DNA of 64,000 nucleotides from Gammaproteobacteria bacterium (GTDB lineage Bacteria; Pseudomonadota; Gammaproteobacteria; Steroidobacterales; JACDCP01): NCBI GenBank assembly GCA_035524935.1, contig DATLFD010000100.1, positions 57,152 to 121,151 of the forward strand, read 5' to 3'. Shown piece by piece: positions 1 to 9,336 of this stretch (position 1 is its first letter; each line of letters starts with the position of its first letter). The notes under the pieces were generated by a model. It saw only the letters and a program-made list of their open reading frames with translations, ran no database searches and was not told where the DNA came from. The position numbers and the translations under genes were made by a program.

Positions 1-233
1 GACCTCATGCGTGCGTCCATTTGTGAAACGGTTCCGGGCATGCGCGAATCGTGCCAGAAAGGCCCCGGCTGACACGTCCGCATCGACTCCCCGGGCAGGC
101 AATGATCATGCGATCCCGCACCGCGCGATTGGGCCGCCGAAGCCAGCCTCGCTGCTCGACGATATGCATCTTTGCAACGCAATCGTCCGATTTCGCGGCC
201 CGGTGCAACCGGTCCGCGCGGCGGCATCCCAGC

Positions 234-262
234 TTGACATGGCGCGGCGTCCTCGCAAGAAT
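234..262 (+). promoter_or_regulatory. candidate sigma70 promoter for the ABC-2/GldG-like operon
   Basis: TTGACA (234-239), 17-nt spacer, AAGAAT (257-262), about 60 nt upstream of the ATG at 324. Hexamer match only. Confidence 0.35.
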
Positions 263-323
263 TCGCCGCTTTCCGGCGGATGATACGCCTCGCGGATTCG
301 TTTGCGTCCGTGCGGCAGGCTTC

Positions 324-1256
324 ATGATCGAAATCAACCAACTGAAAAAAGTCTACGGCAGCCTGGTGGCCGTGGACGGTGTGTCATTCACGGTGTCGCC
401 CGGCGAGGTGCTGGGTTTCCTCGGACCCAACGGCGCCGGCAAGTCGACCACTATGAAGATGATCACCGGCTTCGTTTCGCCGACCTCCGGCAGCGCCCGC
501 GTGTGCGGCTTCGACGTCGACGAGGCGCCGATCGAGGCGAAGCGGCGCATCGGCTACCTGCCGGAAGGCGCGCCGGGCTACGGCGAGATGACGCCGCGGC
601 GTTTTCTCGATTTCATCGCGGCCGTGCGCGGCCTCGAGCCGGCGCGGAAACGCGAGCGGCTCGACGCGGTGATCGCCGAGCTGCACCTGGGCCCGGTGCT
701 CGACCAGTCCATCGAGACCCTGTCCAAGGGCTTCCGGCGCCGCGTCGGACTCGCGCAGGCGATCCTCCACGACCCGCAGGTGCTGATCCTCGACGAGCCG
801 ACCGACGGGCTGGATCCGAACCAGAAGCACGAGGTGCGCGCGCTCATCAACTCGATGGCGCAGGACAAGATCATCGTCATCTCCACCCACATCCTCGAGG
901 AGGTCGAAGCGGTGTGCAGCCGCGCGATCATCATCGCCGACGGCCGCATCGTAGCCGACGATACGCCGCAGGCGCTCGAGGCCCGATCGCGATTCCACAA
1001 CGCCGTGAGCTTGAGGCTCGCCGACCCGTCCAGGCTCGGCCCGGCACGTGCAGCCATCGCCGCGCTGCCGCAGGTGGCGGGCACGGAGCTCGATGCGGCC
1101 GGCGAGCGGTTGACCGCGTTTCCCAAGGACGGTGCGCTGGTCCTGCCGGCCGTCAGCGAGCTCGCGGCACGCGAGCGCTGGGAGGTGCTCGAGCTGCATC
1201 TCGAGTCCGGGCGGCTCGACGAGGTGTTCCGCGACATCACGGGCGGCATCCACTGA
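324..1256 (+). CDS. ABC transporter ATP-binding protein (ABC-2 / GldA-like)
   Basis: Internal ATG of ORF 51..1256 (MIEINQLKKVYG). Walker A GPNGAGKST, signature LSKGFRRR, Walker B LILDEPTDGLD. Stop overlaps the next start (ATGA-type). Confidence 0.9.
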   Translation: MIEINQLKKVYGSLVAVDGVSFTVSPGEVLGFLGPNGAGKSTTMKMITGFVSPTSGSARVCGFDVDEAPIEAKRRIGYLPEGAPGYGEMTPRRFLDFIAAVRGLEPARKRERLDAVIAELHLGPVLDQSIETLSKGFRRRVGLAQAILHDPQVLILDEPTDGLDPNQKHEVRALINSMAQDKIIVISTHILEEVEAVCSRAIIIADGRIVADDTPQALEARSRFHNAVSLRLADPSRLGPARAAIAALPQVAGTELDAAGERLTAFPKDGALVLPAVSELAARERWEVLELHLESGRLDEVFRDITGGIH

Positions 1257-1990
1257 TGCGTAACGTCGGCATCGTTTTCCGGCGCGAGCTCGCGAGCTAC
1301 TTCGCGACGCCGGTCGCCTATGTGTTCATCGTCATCTTCCTGCTGCTGGCGGGCTGGTTCACGTTCTACCTCGGCAACTTCTACGGGCGGGGCCAGGCCG
1401 ACCTGCTGCCGTTCTTCAACTTCCACCCGTGGCTGTACCTGTTCCTCGTGCCGGCGATATCCATGCGGCTGTGGGCCGAGGAGAGGAAGTCGGGCAGCAT
1501 CGAGCTGCTCATGACGCTGCCGGTCACCACCCTCGAGGCAGTGCTCGGCAAGTTCCTCGCCGCCTGGTGCTTTACGCTCATCGCGCTCGCGCTGACGTTC
1601 CCGGTCTGGATCACCGTCAACTACCTCGGCGATCCGGACAACGGCGCGATACTCGCTGCCTACCTGGGCAGCGCGCTCATGGCAGGCGGCTTCCTCGCCA
1701 TCGGCGCCTGCTTCTCGGCGGCGACACGCAACCAGGTCATCGCCTTCATTCTCACTGTCGTCGTCTGCTTCCTGTTCCTGTTGATCGGCATTCCCCAGGT
1801 GCTCGGCACGTTCAGCGGCTGGGCGCCGCAGGCGCTGGTCGACGCTATTGCCTCGCTGAGCTTCCTCACGCATTTCGCCGATATATCGAAGGGCGTGATC
1901 GATCTGCGCGACCTGGTCTTCTTCGCGCTCGTCATCGGCTTCTGGCTCGCGGCCAACACGATCGTGCTCGACTGGAAGAAGGCCGACTGA
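1256..1990 (+). CDS. ABC-2 type transporter permease (GldF-like)
   Basis: Starts MRNVGIVFRRELASYFATP within ORF 302..1990. Multi-TM hydrophobic profile. Translationally coupled to the ATPase. Confidence 0.85.
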   Translation: MRNVGIVFRRELASYFATPVAYVFIVIFLLLAGWFTFYLGNFYGRGQADLLPFFNFHPWLYLFLVPAISMRLWAEERKSGSIELLMTLPVTTLEAVLGKFLAAWCFTLIALALTFPVWITVNYLGDPDNGAILAAYLGSALMAGGFLAIGACFSAATRNQVIAFILTVVVCFLFLLIGIPQVLGTFSGWAPQALVDAIASLSFLTHFADISKGVIDLRDLVFFALVIGFWLAANTIVLDWKKAD

Positions 1991-1991
1991 C

Positions 1992-3947
1992 GTGACCGAG
2001 CGCAAAAAGCACACGCTGGGTGCGTCGGCACTGGTCATTCTCGCCGTGCTCTTCGTCGCGCTGACGGTCGTCAGCAACGCGCTCCTCCGCGGCATGCGGC
2101 TCGATCTCACCGAGAACGATCTCTATACGCTCGCCGAAGGCACGCGCAACATCCTCGGTTCCATGGAGGAACCGGTCAACCTCTACTTCTTTTTCTCCGA
2201 GGCGTCGACGGAGAACGTGCCGATGCTGCGCAGCTATGCGAACCGCGTGCGCGAGCTGCTCGAGGAATTTGCGATCGAATCGGGCGGCAAGATCGAGCTG
2301 CACGTCATCGATCCGCAACCGTTCTCCGAGGAAGAGGAGCGCGCTGCGGCGTTCGGCCTGCAGGGTGTGCCGGTCGGCGATTCCGGCGAGTCGATCTATT
2401 TCGGCCTCGCCGGCACCAACGCCATCGACACGCTGGTCGCCATCCCTTTCTTCCAGCAGGAAAACGAGGAGTTTCTCGAATACGACATCGCCAAGCTCGT
2501 GCACGCCCTCGTCAACCCCGACAAGCCCGTGATCGGCCTGTACAGCAGCCTGCCGATGGGCATGAGCTTCGACGCGGCGACGCAGCAGGTGCGTGAGCCC
2601 TGGGTCATTGCGAGCCAGATCGAGCAGCTTTTCGAGCTGCGTCAGCTGGACGCTACCCTGTCCGGTCTCGACGAGGTCGACGTGCTCATGCTGGCGCATC
2701 CGAAGGATCTGCCGGACGATGCACTGTACGCGATCGACCAGTTCGTGCTCGGCGGCGGCCGGGCCCTGATCTTCGTCGATCCGCACGCCGAGGCGGACAC
2801 GCCCCCGCAGGATCCGCAGAATCCCTATGCGCCCATGACCGCAAACCGCGCCTCGGACCTCGAGCGGCTGTTCGAAGCCTGGGGCGTGAGCTACGACCGC
2901 ACGGAGGTGCTCGCGGACCGTCGTTACGCGCTGGAGATCAACGCCGGCAGCGGCAACACCGTGCGCCATCTCGCAATCCTGGGGTTCGACGATACAGCGT
3001 TCAATGCGGACGACGTCATCACGGCCGGGCTCAACAGCATCAATGTCGCCATGACCGGCAGGGTCGGCATCGACGAGGAGAAGTCCCTGAGCTTGACGCC
3101 GCTCATCGAATCGAGCACCGAAGCGATGCCCGTGCCGGCCAGCCGGCTCAGCTTCATGCCCGATCCCGCGAGCCTGCAGACGGGCTTCGAGCCGACCGGC
3201 GAGCGCTACGTCGTGGCCGCGCGGCTCGAGGGCAAGGTCGCAAGCGCATTCCCGGACGGCGAGCCCGCTGCCGGCGGGGCCGATGCGGCGGACGCGGAAG
3301 GCGAAGTGCCGGACGCCGAGGGCGGCGCCCGCGACGACCCCGAAGTGGATCCCGCCGGGCATCACGCCGAATCCGCGCAGGCCGTCAACCTGATCGTCGT
3401 CGCCGACACCGATATGCTGTCCGACTGGCTGTGGGTTCGCACGCAGAGCTTCTTCGGACAACGCATCAGCACGGCCTGGGCGAACAATGGCGACTTCGTC
3501 GCCAACGCGCTCGACAACCTGACCGGCAGCAGCGACCTGATCAGTATCCGCGGCCGCGCCACGTTCTCGCGCCCCTTCGAGAAGGTCGAAGCGCTCGAAC
3601 GAGCCGCCGATGAGGCGCTGCTCGCCAAGGAGCAGGCGTTGCAGGCGGAGCTCGCCGAGACCGAGCGCAAGCTCACCGAGCTCCAGTCGCGCCGCGACGA
3701 CCAGAGCGCGCTGATACTGACACCCGAGCAGAGCGCCGAGATCGAGCGCTTCCAGGCCGAGAACCTGCGCCTGCGCAGGGAGTTGCGGCAGGTGCGCCAC
3801 GATCTCGAGAAAAGCATCGAGGATCTGGGCACCTGGCTCAAGGTCGTCAATATCGCGCTCGTGCCGGCGCTGATCTCGATCTTCGCCCTGCTCGCCCTGC
3901 TATTGCGCAGAAGGCAGCGCAAGGCCCCGCGGGGGGCGGTAGGATAG
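1992..3947 (+). CDS. GldG-like ABC-transporter auxiliary protein
   Basis: GTG start 2 nt after the permease stop. N- and C-terminal TM anchors flank a large soluble domain. Typical third gene of GldA/F/G-type clusters. Confidence 0.8.
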   Translation: MTERKKHTLGASALVILAVLFVALTVVSNALLRGMRLDLTENDLYTLAEGTRNILGSMEEPVNLYFFFSEASTENVPMLRSYANRVRELLEEFAIESGGKIELHVIDPQPFSEEEERAAAFGLQGVPVGDSGESIYFGLAGTNAIDTLVAIPFFQQENEEFLEYDIAKLVHALVNPDKPVIGLYSSLPMGMSFDAATQQVREPWVIASQIEQLFELRQLDATLSGLDEVDVLMLAHPKDLPDDALYAIDQFVLGGGRALIFVDPHAEADTPPQDPQNPYAPMTANRASDLERLFEAWGVSYDRTEVLADRRYALEINAGSGNTVRHLAILGFDDTAFNADDVITAGLNSINVAMTGRVGIDEEKSLSLTPLIESSTEAMPVPASRLSFMPDPASLQTGFEPTGERYVVAARLEGKVASAFPDGEPAAGGADAADAEGEVPDAEGGARDDPEVDPAGHHAESAQAVNLIVVADTDMLSDWLWVRTQSFFGQRISTAWANNGDFVANALDNLTGSSDLISIRGRATFSRPFEKVEALERAADEALLAKEQALQAELAETERKLTELQSRRDDQSALILTPEQSAEIERFQAENLRLRRELRQVRHDLEKSIEDLGTWLKVVNIALVPALISIFALLALLLRRRQRKAPRGAVG

Positions 3948-3953
3948 GACACG

Positions 3954-5147
3954 ATGACATCGAGGCATCTGACCTGGCTGGCGGTCGCGGCCGCCGTCGC
4001 CATCGCGGCGGCCATCTGGGCGGCGCGCGAGCGCGCGCCCGACACCGGCGGTAGCAGCGGTCAGCCGCTCGTGCCCGGGCTCGAGGCCGCTGTCAACGAC
4101 GTCGACCGCATCGACATCGGCACCGGCGGCGATCCGCAGGTCACGCTCGAGCGCGACGAGGACGGCTGGACGGTTGCGCAGAAATCCAGCTACGCCGCCG
4201 ATATCGGCAAGCTGCGCGAAATGCTGCTCGCGCTCGCCGACGCGACTGTGCTCGAGCGCAAGACCTCGGATCCGGAGCACTACGGCCAGCTCGGCGTTGG
4301 CGACCAGCTCGATGAGGATGCGAGCGGCGCCTGGCTGGAGATCGCCGGCCTCGGCGAGCCGGTGCGGCTGGTCATCGGCGACAACGCCCGCGGCGGTAGC
4401 TCCACCTACGCGCGGCGCGGCGGCGAGGAGAGCGCGCTGCTGGTGAGCGGCAACCTCGACATCGAGAAACAGCCCATCGAGTGGCTGCGCCGCGATATCC
4501 TCGACGTCGCGGCCGACAGCGTGCAGGCAGTGACCATCACCCATCGCGACGGCCGCGCGCTGGAAGTCAGCAAGGAACGGCGCGGGCTGCCGGATTTCTC
4601 CATCACGGGCATTCCGGCGGGGCAGCAGGTCAAGTCGGCTGCGGACGTGAATTCGGTAGCCTCGGCGCTGACCGGGCTCCGGCTCGAGGACGTGCGGCCG
4701 GCCGAAGAGATGCCGGCCGACGACACCGTGCGCGCGGTGTTCAGCCTGTTTGACGGCACCGTGCTCACGGTGCAGGCTTTCGAGCGAGACGAGCAGAAGC
4801 TCGTGCACGTCGACGTCGAATTCGACGAGGCGCTCGCGGAGGCCATGGCGCAGGCTGCGGCGGCGGCCGCAGCCACCCCCGATGCGGCGGCGGCCGCGAT
4901 CGAGCCGGCCGCCCCGGGCGAGGGTGACAGCGACGCGATCGCGCAAGCCGCCCGCGCGGACGCGGAAACAGCCGCCGAATCGCAGCGCGCGGAGCGCGAG
5001 GCCGCACGTGCGAAGGCCGCTGCGCTGCAAGCACGCCTCGACCCGTGGCTGTTCGAAGTTTCGGATTACAAGTACGAACAACTGACGCGTGACGCCGCGG
5101 ACCTTTTCGAGTCGACCGTGCCCGATGCCGCAGCCGACGGGGACTGA
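3954..5147 (+). CDS. DUF4340-like exported protein (fourth gene of the GldAFG-like cluster)
   Basis: ATG at 3954 after AGGATAGG. N-terminal signal/anchor, Ala-rich low-complexity tail. Family call made from memory of this conserved gene order. Confidence 0.65.
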   Translation: MTSRHLTWLAVAAAVAIAAAIWAARERAPDTGGSSGQPLVPGLEAAVNDVDRIDIGTGGDPQVTLERDEDGWTVAQKSSYAADIGKLREMLLALADATVLERKTSDPEHYGQLGVGDQLDEDASGAWLEIAGLGEPVRLVIGDNARGGSSTYARRGGEESALLVSGNLDIEKQPIEWLRRDILDVAADSVQAVTITHRDGRALEVSKERRGLPDFSITGIPAGQQVKSAADVNSVASALTGLRLEDVRPAEEMPADDTVRAVFSLFDGTVLTVQAFERDEQKLVHVDVEFDEALAEAMAQAAAAAAATPDAAAAAIEPAAPGEGDSDAIAQAARADAETAAESQRAEREAARAKAAALQARLDPWLFEVSDYKYEQLTRDAADLFESTVPDAAADGD

Positions 5148-5224
5148 GCGCGGCAGACGCCAAACTCGCACTTCTGCGGTCATTCGCGGCTTGCCGGGTA
5201 TCGTTTTTGCCTGCATGCTCCCGC

Positions 5225-5253
5225 TTGACATCACGCCGTCACTGGTTTAAGTG
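5225..5253 (+). promoter_or_regulatory. weak candidate promoter upstream of the bacteriocin precursor
   Basis: TTGACA (5225-5230), 17-nt spacer, TAAGTG (5248-5253). The -10 is poor. A GGTTGTCAACC palindrome follows at 5282-5292. Confidence 0.25.
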
Positions 5254-5314
5254 TCATAGATGCGGCCCGATCAGGGCCGTGGGTTGTCAACCGCATCATC
5301 CAGGGAGAGGAGTC

Positions 5315-5533
5315 ATGCGTGAACTGACCCACGACGAAGTGAATTTCGTCAGCGGAGGAAACTGGGACATTCTGACGAGCCCGACCCAGGTCGCGCAGGC
5401 GTCACGCTTCGCGGCCAGCCTGAGCATGGCGTATGGAGCCTTTCAGGTGGGTTTTGCTTTCGGCTCGTGGCTGTACAACAACGGTCTCGGCTCGGCGTGG
5501 AACAGGTTCCTCGACAGCCGAATGGCGAAATAG
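5315..5533 (+). CDS. double-glycine-leader bacteriocin / class II microcin-like precursor (72 aa)
   Basis: Internal ATG of ORF 5207..5533 preceded by GGAGAGG. The 15-aa leader MRELTHDEVNFVSGG matches the M-R-x-L-T-x-x-E-x-x-x-V-S-G-G pattern of the colicin V leader. The 57-aa Cys-free core is Gly/Ala/aromatic-rich (AYGAFQVGFAFGSWLY). It sits immediately upstream of a C39-ABC exporter. Confidence 0.7.
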   Translation: MRELTHDEVNFVSGGNWDILTSPTQVAQASRFAASLSMAYGAFQVGFAFGSWLYNNGLGSAWNRFLDSRMAK

Positions 5534-5551
5534 GCCGTAGCCTTGGGGCAC

Positions 5552-5580
5552 CGCGACAGCCCGCCGCGCGGGCTGTCGCG
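5552..5580 (+). promoter_or_regulatory. intercistronic GC-rich hairpin after the precursor gene
   Basis: Perfect 11-bp stem (5552-5562 pairs with 5570-5580) with a 7-nt loop. It starts 19 nt after the precursor stop. No U-tract follows. Confidence 0.4.
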
Positions 5581-5613
5581 GACGACGAGGTCTCGGGTTC
5601 GGGAGATACCGCA

Positions 5614-5889
5614 ATGATTCGCTACAAGCACGCCGCATTGACCGTCAGCATGCTGCTGATGGGCGGCTACATGTTTCTGCGCTTCGGCGCGCTGGTCGCG
5701 GCCGGCGACCACGACGCAGCGTTTCTCCATGCCACACTGGGGTTCTGCGCCGTCGGCGCGGCAACCGAGCCCGGCTTCCTGCTGCGCAACGTGTCCGCAC
5801 TGATATCCGAGCCGCTGCCGGCGTCGAAGCTCACGTCGGCCGCTTACGGCCTCGCGCTTCTGTCGGCCGTGATCTGGGCCATTCTGTAA
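5614..5889 (+). CDS. small 3-TM membrane protein, candidate bacteriocin immunity protein (91 aa)
   Basis: Internal ATG of ORF 5467..5889 preceded by GGGAGA. Three hydrophobic segments. Function is inferred only from position between precursor and exporter genes. Confidence 0.5.
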   Translation: MIRYKHAALTVSMLLMGGYMFLRFGALVAAGDHDAAFLHATLGFCAVGAATEPGFLLRNVSALISEPLPASKLTSAAYGLALLSAVIWAIL

Positions 5890-5931
5890 CGCCCGGCAGC
5901 CTGCGCGCGCGGGGCGCCGCATGAGCGTGTC

Positions 5932-7185
5932 ATGGATGACGCGGCCCTGTTCCGGCGCGAGGCGATCGCGCACCGAGGTGACAGCCTGTTCGGCGGCGTG
6001 GCGCTGCTGCGGCCGGCTTCGTTCGCCCTGGCGACGGCCCTGGCGCTCGGCGCCTCGACGGCGCTCACCGCGCTGGTCCTGCTCGGCAGCTACGCCCCGC
6101 GCGAGACTGTCGCCGGGTATCTGACTCCCGCTCCCGGACTGGTCAAGATACTCGCGCCTCAGTCCGGCATCATCGAAAGCACGCCGTTCCGCGAAGGCGA
6201 CAGCGTTGCGGCCGGAGACGCGTTGTTCGTGGTGCTCACGTCCCGCCACGACGCTGCACGAAGCGACGTGGATGCGCGCCTGCTCGAGCAGCTCGGCATC
6301 GAGCGGCTGGCGCTGCAGGCGCAGCGAGACCGGCAGCTCGAGCTCGACGGCATGGCCCTGGCCGCGGCCGCCCAGGACGTCGTCGCTGCGAAGGCTCAGC
6401 TCACGCTTCTCGAGCGGCAGCGCATGGGCTTCGACGAGCGCGTGTCCCGCCGCGAGCTCGAAGTCGCGCGCCTCGCGCCGGTCGTGGGCTCGGGTCACGT
6501 GCCCGCCGCACGGCTCGAGGAGGCGCGCGCGGCGCTGCTCGAGGCCCGGCTCGCACGCCAGGAGATGGACCGCGAAGCGGCCGCGCTCGAAGCCCTGCTT
6601 GAGACCCGGCTGCGCGAGCGCGCGAGCCTGCCGGCCCGCCACGCCCTCCGCCTCGGCCAGCTCGATCAGGCAATCAGCGTCGTCGACCAGCGCATCGCCG
6701 AGCTGGGCCTGCAGCGAGGCTATACGCTCACCGCGCCGGTGGCCGGATACATCGGCAGCCTGCTCGCCTTCCCTGGCATGGGTGTCGTGCCGGGCCGCGC
6801 GCTCGCGGCGCTGATTCCCGAGCATGCGCAGCTGCGCGCCGAGTTGCTCGTGCCGGCGCGCAATGCCGGCTTGCTCAAGACCGGCCAGACCGTGCGCCTG
6901 CGATACGACGCCTGGCCGCACACGAGGTTCGGCCTGCATGAGGGCATAGTCACGGCAATCGGCCGTTCAATCCTCATGCCGGAAGAGATGCACGGACCTC
7001 ACCGCCTGCCCGGGCCCGCTTACCGTGTCGAGGTGCGGCTGCCCGCCCAGAGCATCATCTCGGATGGACGCGCGTGGCCGCTCAAGGCCGGCATGACGCT
7101 CGAGGCCGATATCGTGCGCGAACGCCGGCGCATCGTCGAATGGCTGTTCGAACCCGTAGTCGCCGCCCTGCAGCGCGCGCGATGA
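5932..7185 (+). CDS. HlyD-family membrane fusion protein (CvaA-like bacteriocin secretion adaptor)
   Basis: N-terminus MDDAALFRREAI..., a single TM, then long coiled-coil segments. Stop overlaps the exporter start (ATGA). Confidence 0.85.
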   Translation: MDDAALFRREAIAHRGDSLFGGVALLRPASFALATALALGASTALTALVLLGSYAPRETVAGYLTPAPGLVKILAPQSGIIESTPFREGDSVAAGDALFVVLTSRHDAARSDVDARLLEQLGIERLALQAQRDRQLELDGMALAAAAQDVVAAKAQLTLLERQRMGFDERVSRRELEVARLAPVVGSGHVPAARLEEARAALLEARLARQEMDREAAALEALLETRLRERASLPARHALRLGQLDQAISVVDQRIAELGLQRGYTLTAPVAGYIGSLLAFPGMGVVPGRALAALIPEHAQLRAELLVPARNAGLLKTGQTVRLRYDAWPHTRFGLHEGIVTAIGRSILMPEEMHGPHRLPGPAYRVEVRLPAQSIISDGRAWPLKAGMTLEADIVRERRRIVEWLFEPVVAALQRAR

Positions 7186-9293
7186 GCGTGCCGCTCGCCC
7201 TGCGCGGCCGGAGCCGCACCCCCGTGGTGCTGCAGACGGAGGCGGCCGAGTGCGGGCTCGCCTGCCTCGCGATGGTGGCCGGTCATTACGGCCTCGATAT
7301 CGACCTGGGTGCGCTGCGCCGACGCGCGAGCGTCTCGCTCAGGGGCACCGCGCTGTCGCGGCTCATGGAGATCGCCGGCGGGCTGGGTCTCTGCGCGCGG
7401 GCCGTGCGACTCGAGCCCGCCGAGCTGGGCCGGTTGCGCCATCCCGCCATCCTGCACTGGAGCTTCGATCACTTCGTAGTGCTCGAGCGAAGCCGGGCCC
7501 GGCGCGCCGATATCCTCGACCCGGGGGTCGGCCGCCGCTGCATCGGAGCGGGCGAGCTGTCAGCGTGCTTCACGGGGGTCGCACTCGAGCTGTCGCCAGG
7601 CGCGAACTTCCGGCGTGGACGCGAACGCACGCGGCTGCCGCTGCGCGCTTTCTTCCGCGACGCGAGCGGGCTCATGCCCGCGTTGCTGCAGATACTCTCG
7701 CTGACGCTGGCGCTGCAGGTCTTCGCGCTGGTGGCCCCCTTCTACGGCCAGCTGGTCATCGACGAAGTCGTCATCTCGGCCGATCGCGCGCTGCTCGATC
7801 TTCTCGCGCTGGCTTTCGCGTTGCTCGTGCTCCTGCAGCTCACGGTCGGCGCATTCCGCTCCTGGATCGTGATCTATATCGGCTCGCAGCTGCGCTATGC
7901 CTGGTCCGCGCGGCTGTTTCGCCAGCTGCTGAGCCTGCCCCTGGGCTATTTCGAAAAGCGGCACATGGGAGACATCGTGTCGCGCTTCGGCTCGCTCCGT
8001 TCGATCGAGTCGCTGATTGCGCATTCCGCTGTCGAGGCCGTCGTCGACGGGCTCATGGCATCGACGACGCTCGCCGTCATGTTCGTTTACGAGCCGCGGC
8101 TCGCGTTCGTCGCAGCCGCGGCCACCGCCGCCTACGGGCTCACGCGGAGTGGCTTCTATATCCCGCAGCGGCTGCGGTCGCAGGAGGCGCTCATCGCCGG
8201 GGCGCGCGAGCAATCGCTGTTCATGGAATCGGTGCGCGCGATCCAGGCCATCAAGTGCTTCGGCGGGGAGCGGCATCGCGAGTCGTCGTGGCTCAATCGG
8301 CTCGCCGGTGCCGTCGGCGCCGACGTGCGCGTGCACAAGCTCGGCATCGGCGAGAAGCTAGCCGAGGACCTGCTGTTCGGGCTGGAAAACGTGGTCGTGC
8401 TGTTTCTCGGCGCGCTGGCGGTCATCGACGGCAGGCTTTCGATCGGCATGCTCGTGGCATTCCTGTCCTACAAGGCGCAGTTCGGCGCGCGAGCCGTGGC
8501 CCTCATCGACAAGGCCGTCGATTTCCGGCTCGCGGCCGTGCATCTCGAACGCCTGGCCGATATCGTGCACGCGGAACCCGAGCGCACTTCCAGCGTGCCG
8601 CGCGGCGAATTTCCGGTGCCGCGCGGTCGCATCGAGGTGCGCAGGCTCTCGTTCCGGTACGCGGAAGCCGAGCCGTTCGTCCTGTCCCGCCTGGATCTCG
8701 ACGTGGCGCCGGGCGAGTGCCTCGCGATCGCCGCGCCGTCCGGCCACGGCAAGACCACGCTGCTCAAGCTCATGCTCGGTCTGCTCGAGCCCAGCGAAGG
8801 CGCGATCCTCGTCGACGGCCGCGACCTCCGGCTGGCGGACCTCCACGCCTACAGGCAGCAGGTCGCGGCAGTCATGCAACACGATCATCTCCTGAGCGGC
8901 TCGCTCGCTGAAAACATCGCGTTCTTTGCGGCGCGCCCGGACGAGCAGCGCATCGTGGCCTGCGCGCGGCTGGCCTGCGTGGACGAGGACATCCTGCGCA
9001 TGCCGATGGGCTATCAGAGTCTCGTCGGCGACATGGGCGCGGCGCTGTCGGGCGGCCAGAAGCAGCGCCTGCTGCTCGCCCGCGCGCTCTACCGCGAGCC
9101 GCGCATATTGTTTCTCGACGAGGCAACCAGCCATCTCGACGCGCCGACCGAGGCGCGGATCCTGGCCATGCTCGCGGGACTCGGCATCACGCGCGTGCTG
9201 ATTGCGCATCGCCGTCAGACGCTTGCACACGCGGATCGCATTTTCGAGCTCGACTCAGCCGGCCCGGCGGGGCACAACGGCGGAGGCCGGTGA
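7182..9293 (+). CDS. peptidase C39-domain ABC transporter (CvaB-like bacteriocin exporter/maturation protease)
   Basis: Start MSVPLALRG within ORF 7074..9293. C39 motif QTEAAECGLACLAMVAGHYG retains the catalytic Cys. Six-TM ABC membrane domain. Walker A PSGHGKTT, signature LSGGQKQR, Walker B LFLDEATSHLD. Confidence 0.9.
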   Translation: MSVPLALRGRSRTPVVLQTEAAECGLACLAMVAGHYGLDIDLGALRRRASVSLRGTALSRLMEIAGGLGLCARAVRLEPAELGRLRHPAILHWSFDHFVVLERSRARRADILDPGVGRRCIGAGELSACFTGVALELSPGANFRRGRERTRLPLRAFFRDASGLMPALLQILSLTLALQVFALVAPFYGQLVIDEVVISADRALLDLLALAFALLVLLQLTVGAFRSWIVIYIGSQLRYAWSARLFRQLLSLPLGYFEKRHMGDIVSRFGSLRSIESLIAHSAVEAVVDGLMASTTLAVMFVYEPRLAFVAAAATAAYGLTRSGFYIPQRLRSQEALIAGAREQSLFMESVRAIQAIKCFGGERHRESSWLNRLAGAVGADVRVHKLGIGEKLAEDLLFGLENVVVLFLGALAVIDGRLSIGMLVAFLSYKAQFGARAVALIDKAVDFRLAAVHLERLADIVHAEPERTSSVPRGEFPVPRGRIEVRRLSFRYAEAEPFVLSRLDLDVAPGECLAIAAPSGHGKTTLLKLMLGLLEPSEGAILVDGRDLRLADLHAYRQQVAAVMQHDHLLSGSLAENIAFFAARPDEQRIVACARLACVDEDILRMPMGYQSLVGDMGAALSGGQKQRLLLARALYREPRILFLDEATSHLDAPTEARILAMLAGLGITRVLIAHRRQTLAHADRIFELDSAGPAGHNGGGR

Positions 9294-9336
9294 CGGAGTT
9301 TGTGCGCCGGCGGCTTTTTCTTTACCTTCCCGGCGC

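Noticed and set aside
578-3800. Long minus-strand ORFs 578..2110 (510 aa) and 1932..3800 (622 aa)
   Set aside because: They are antisense to the ABC ATPase, permease and GldG-like genes, which carry clear Walker and TM signatures. The composition is low-complexity Arg/Ala/Glu with no motifs.
5467-5613. Upstream 49 codons of ORF 5467..5889, overlapping the bacteriocin precursor 3' end
   Set aside because: This part overlaps the precursor gene and runs through the intercistronic hairpin. The internal ATG at 5614 has its own GGGAGA RBS, and the hydrophobic protein starts there.
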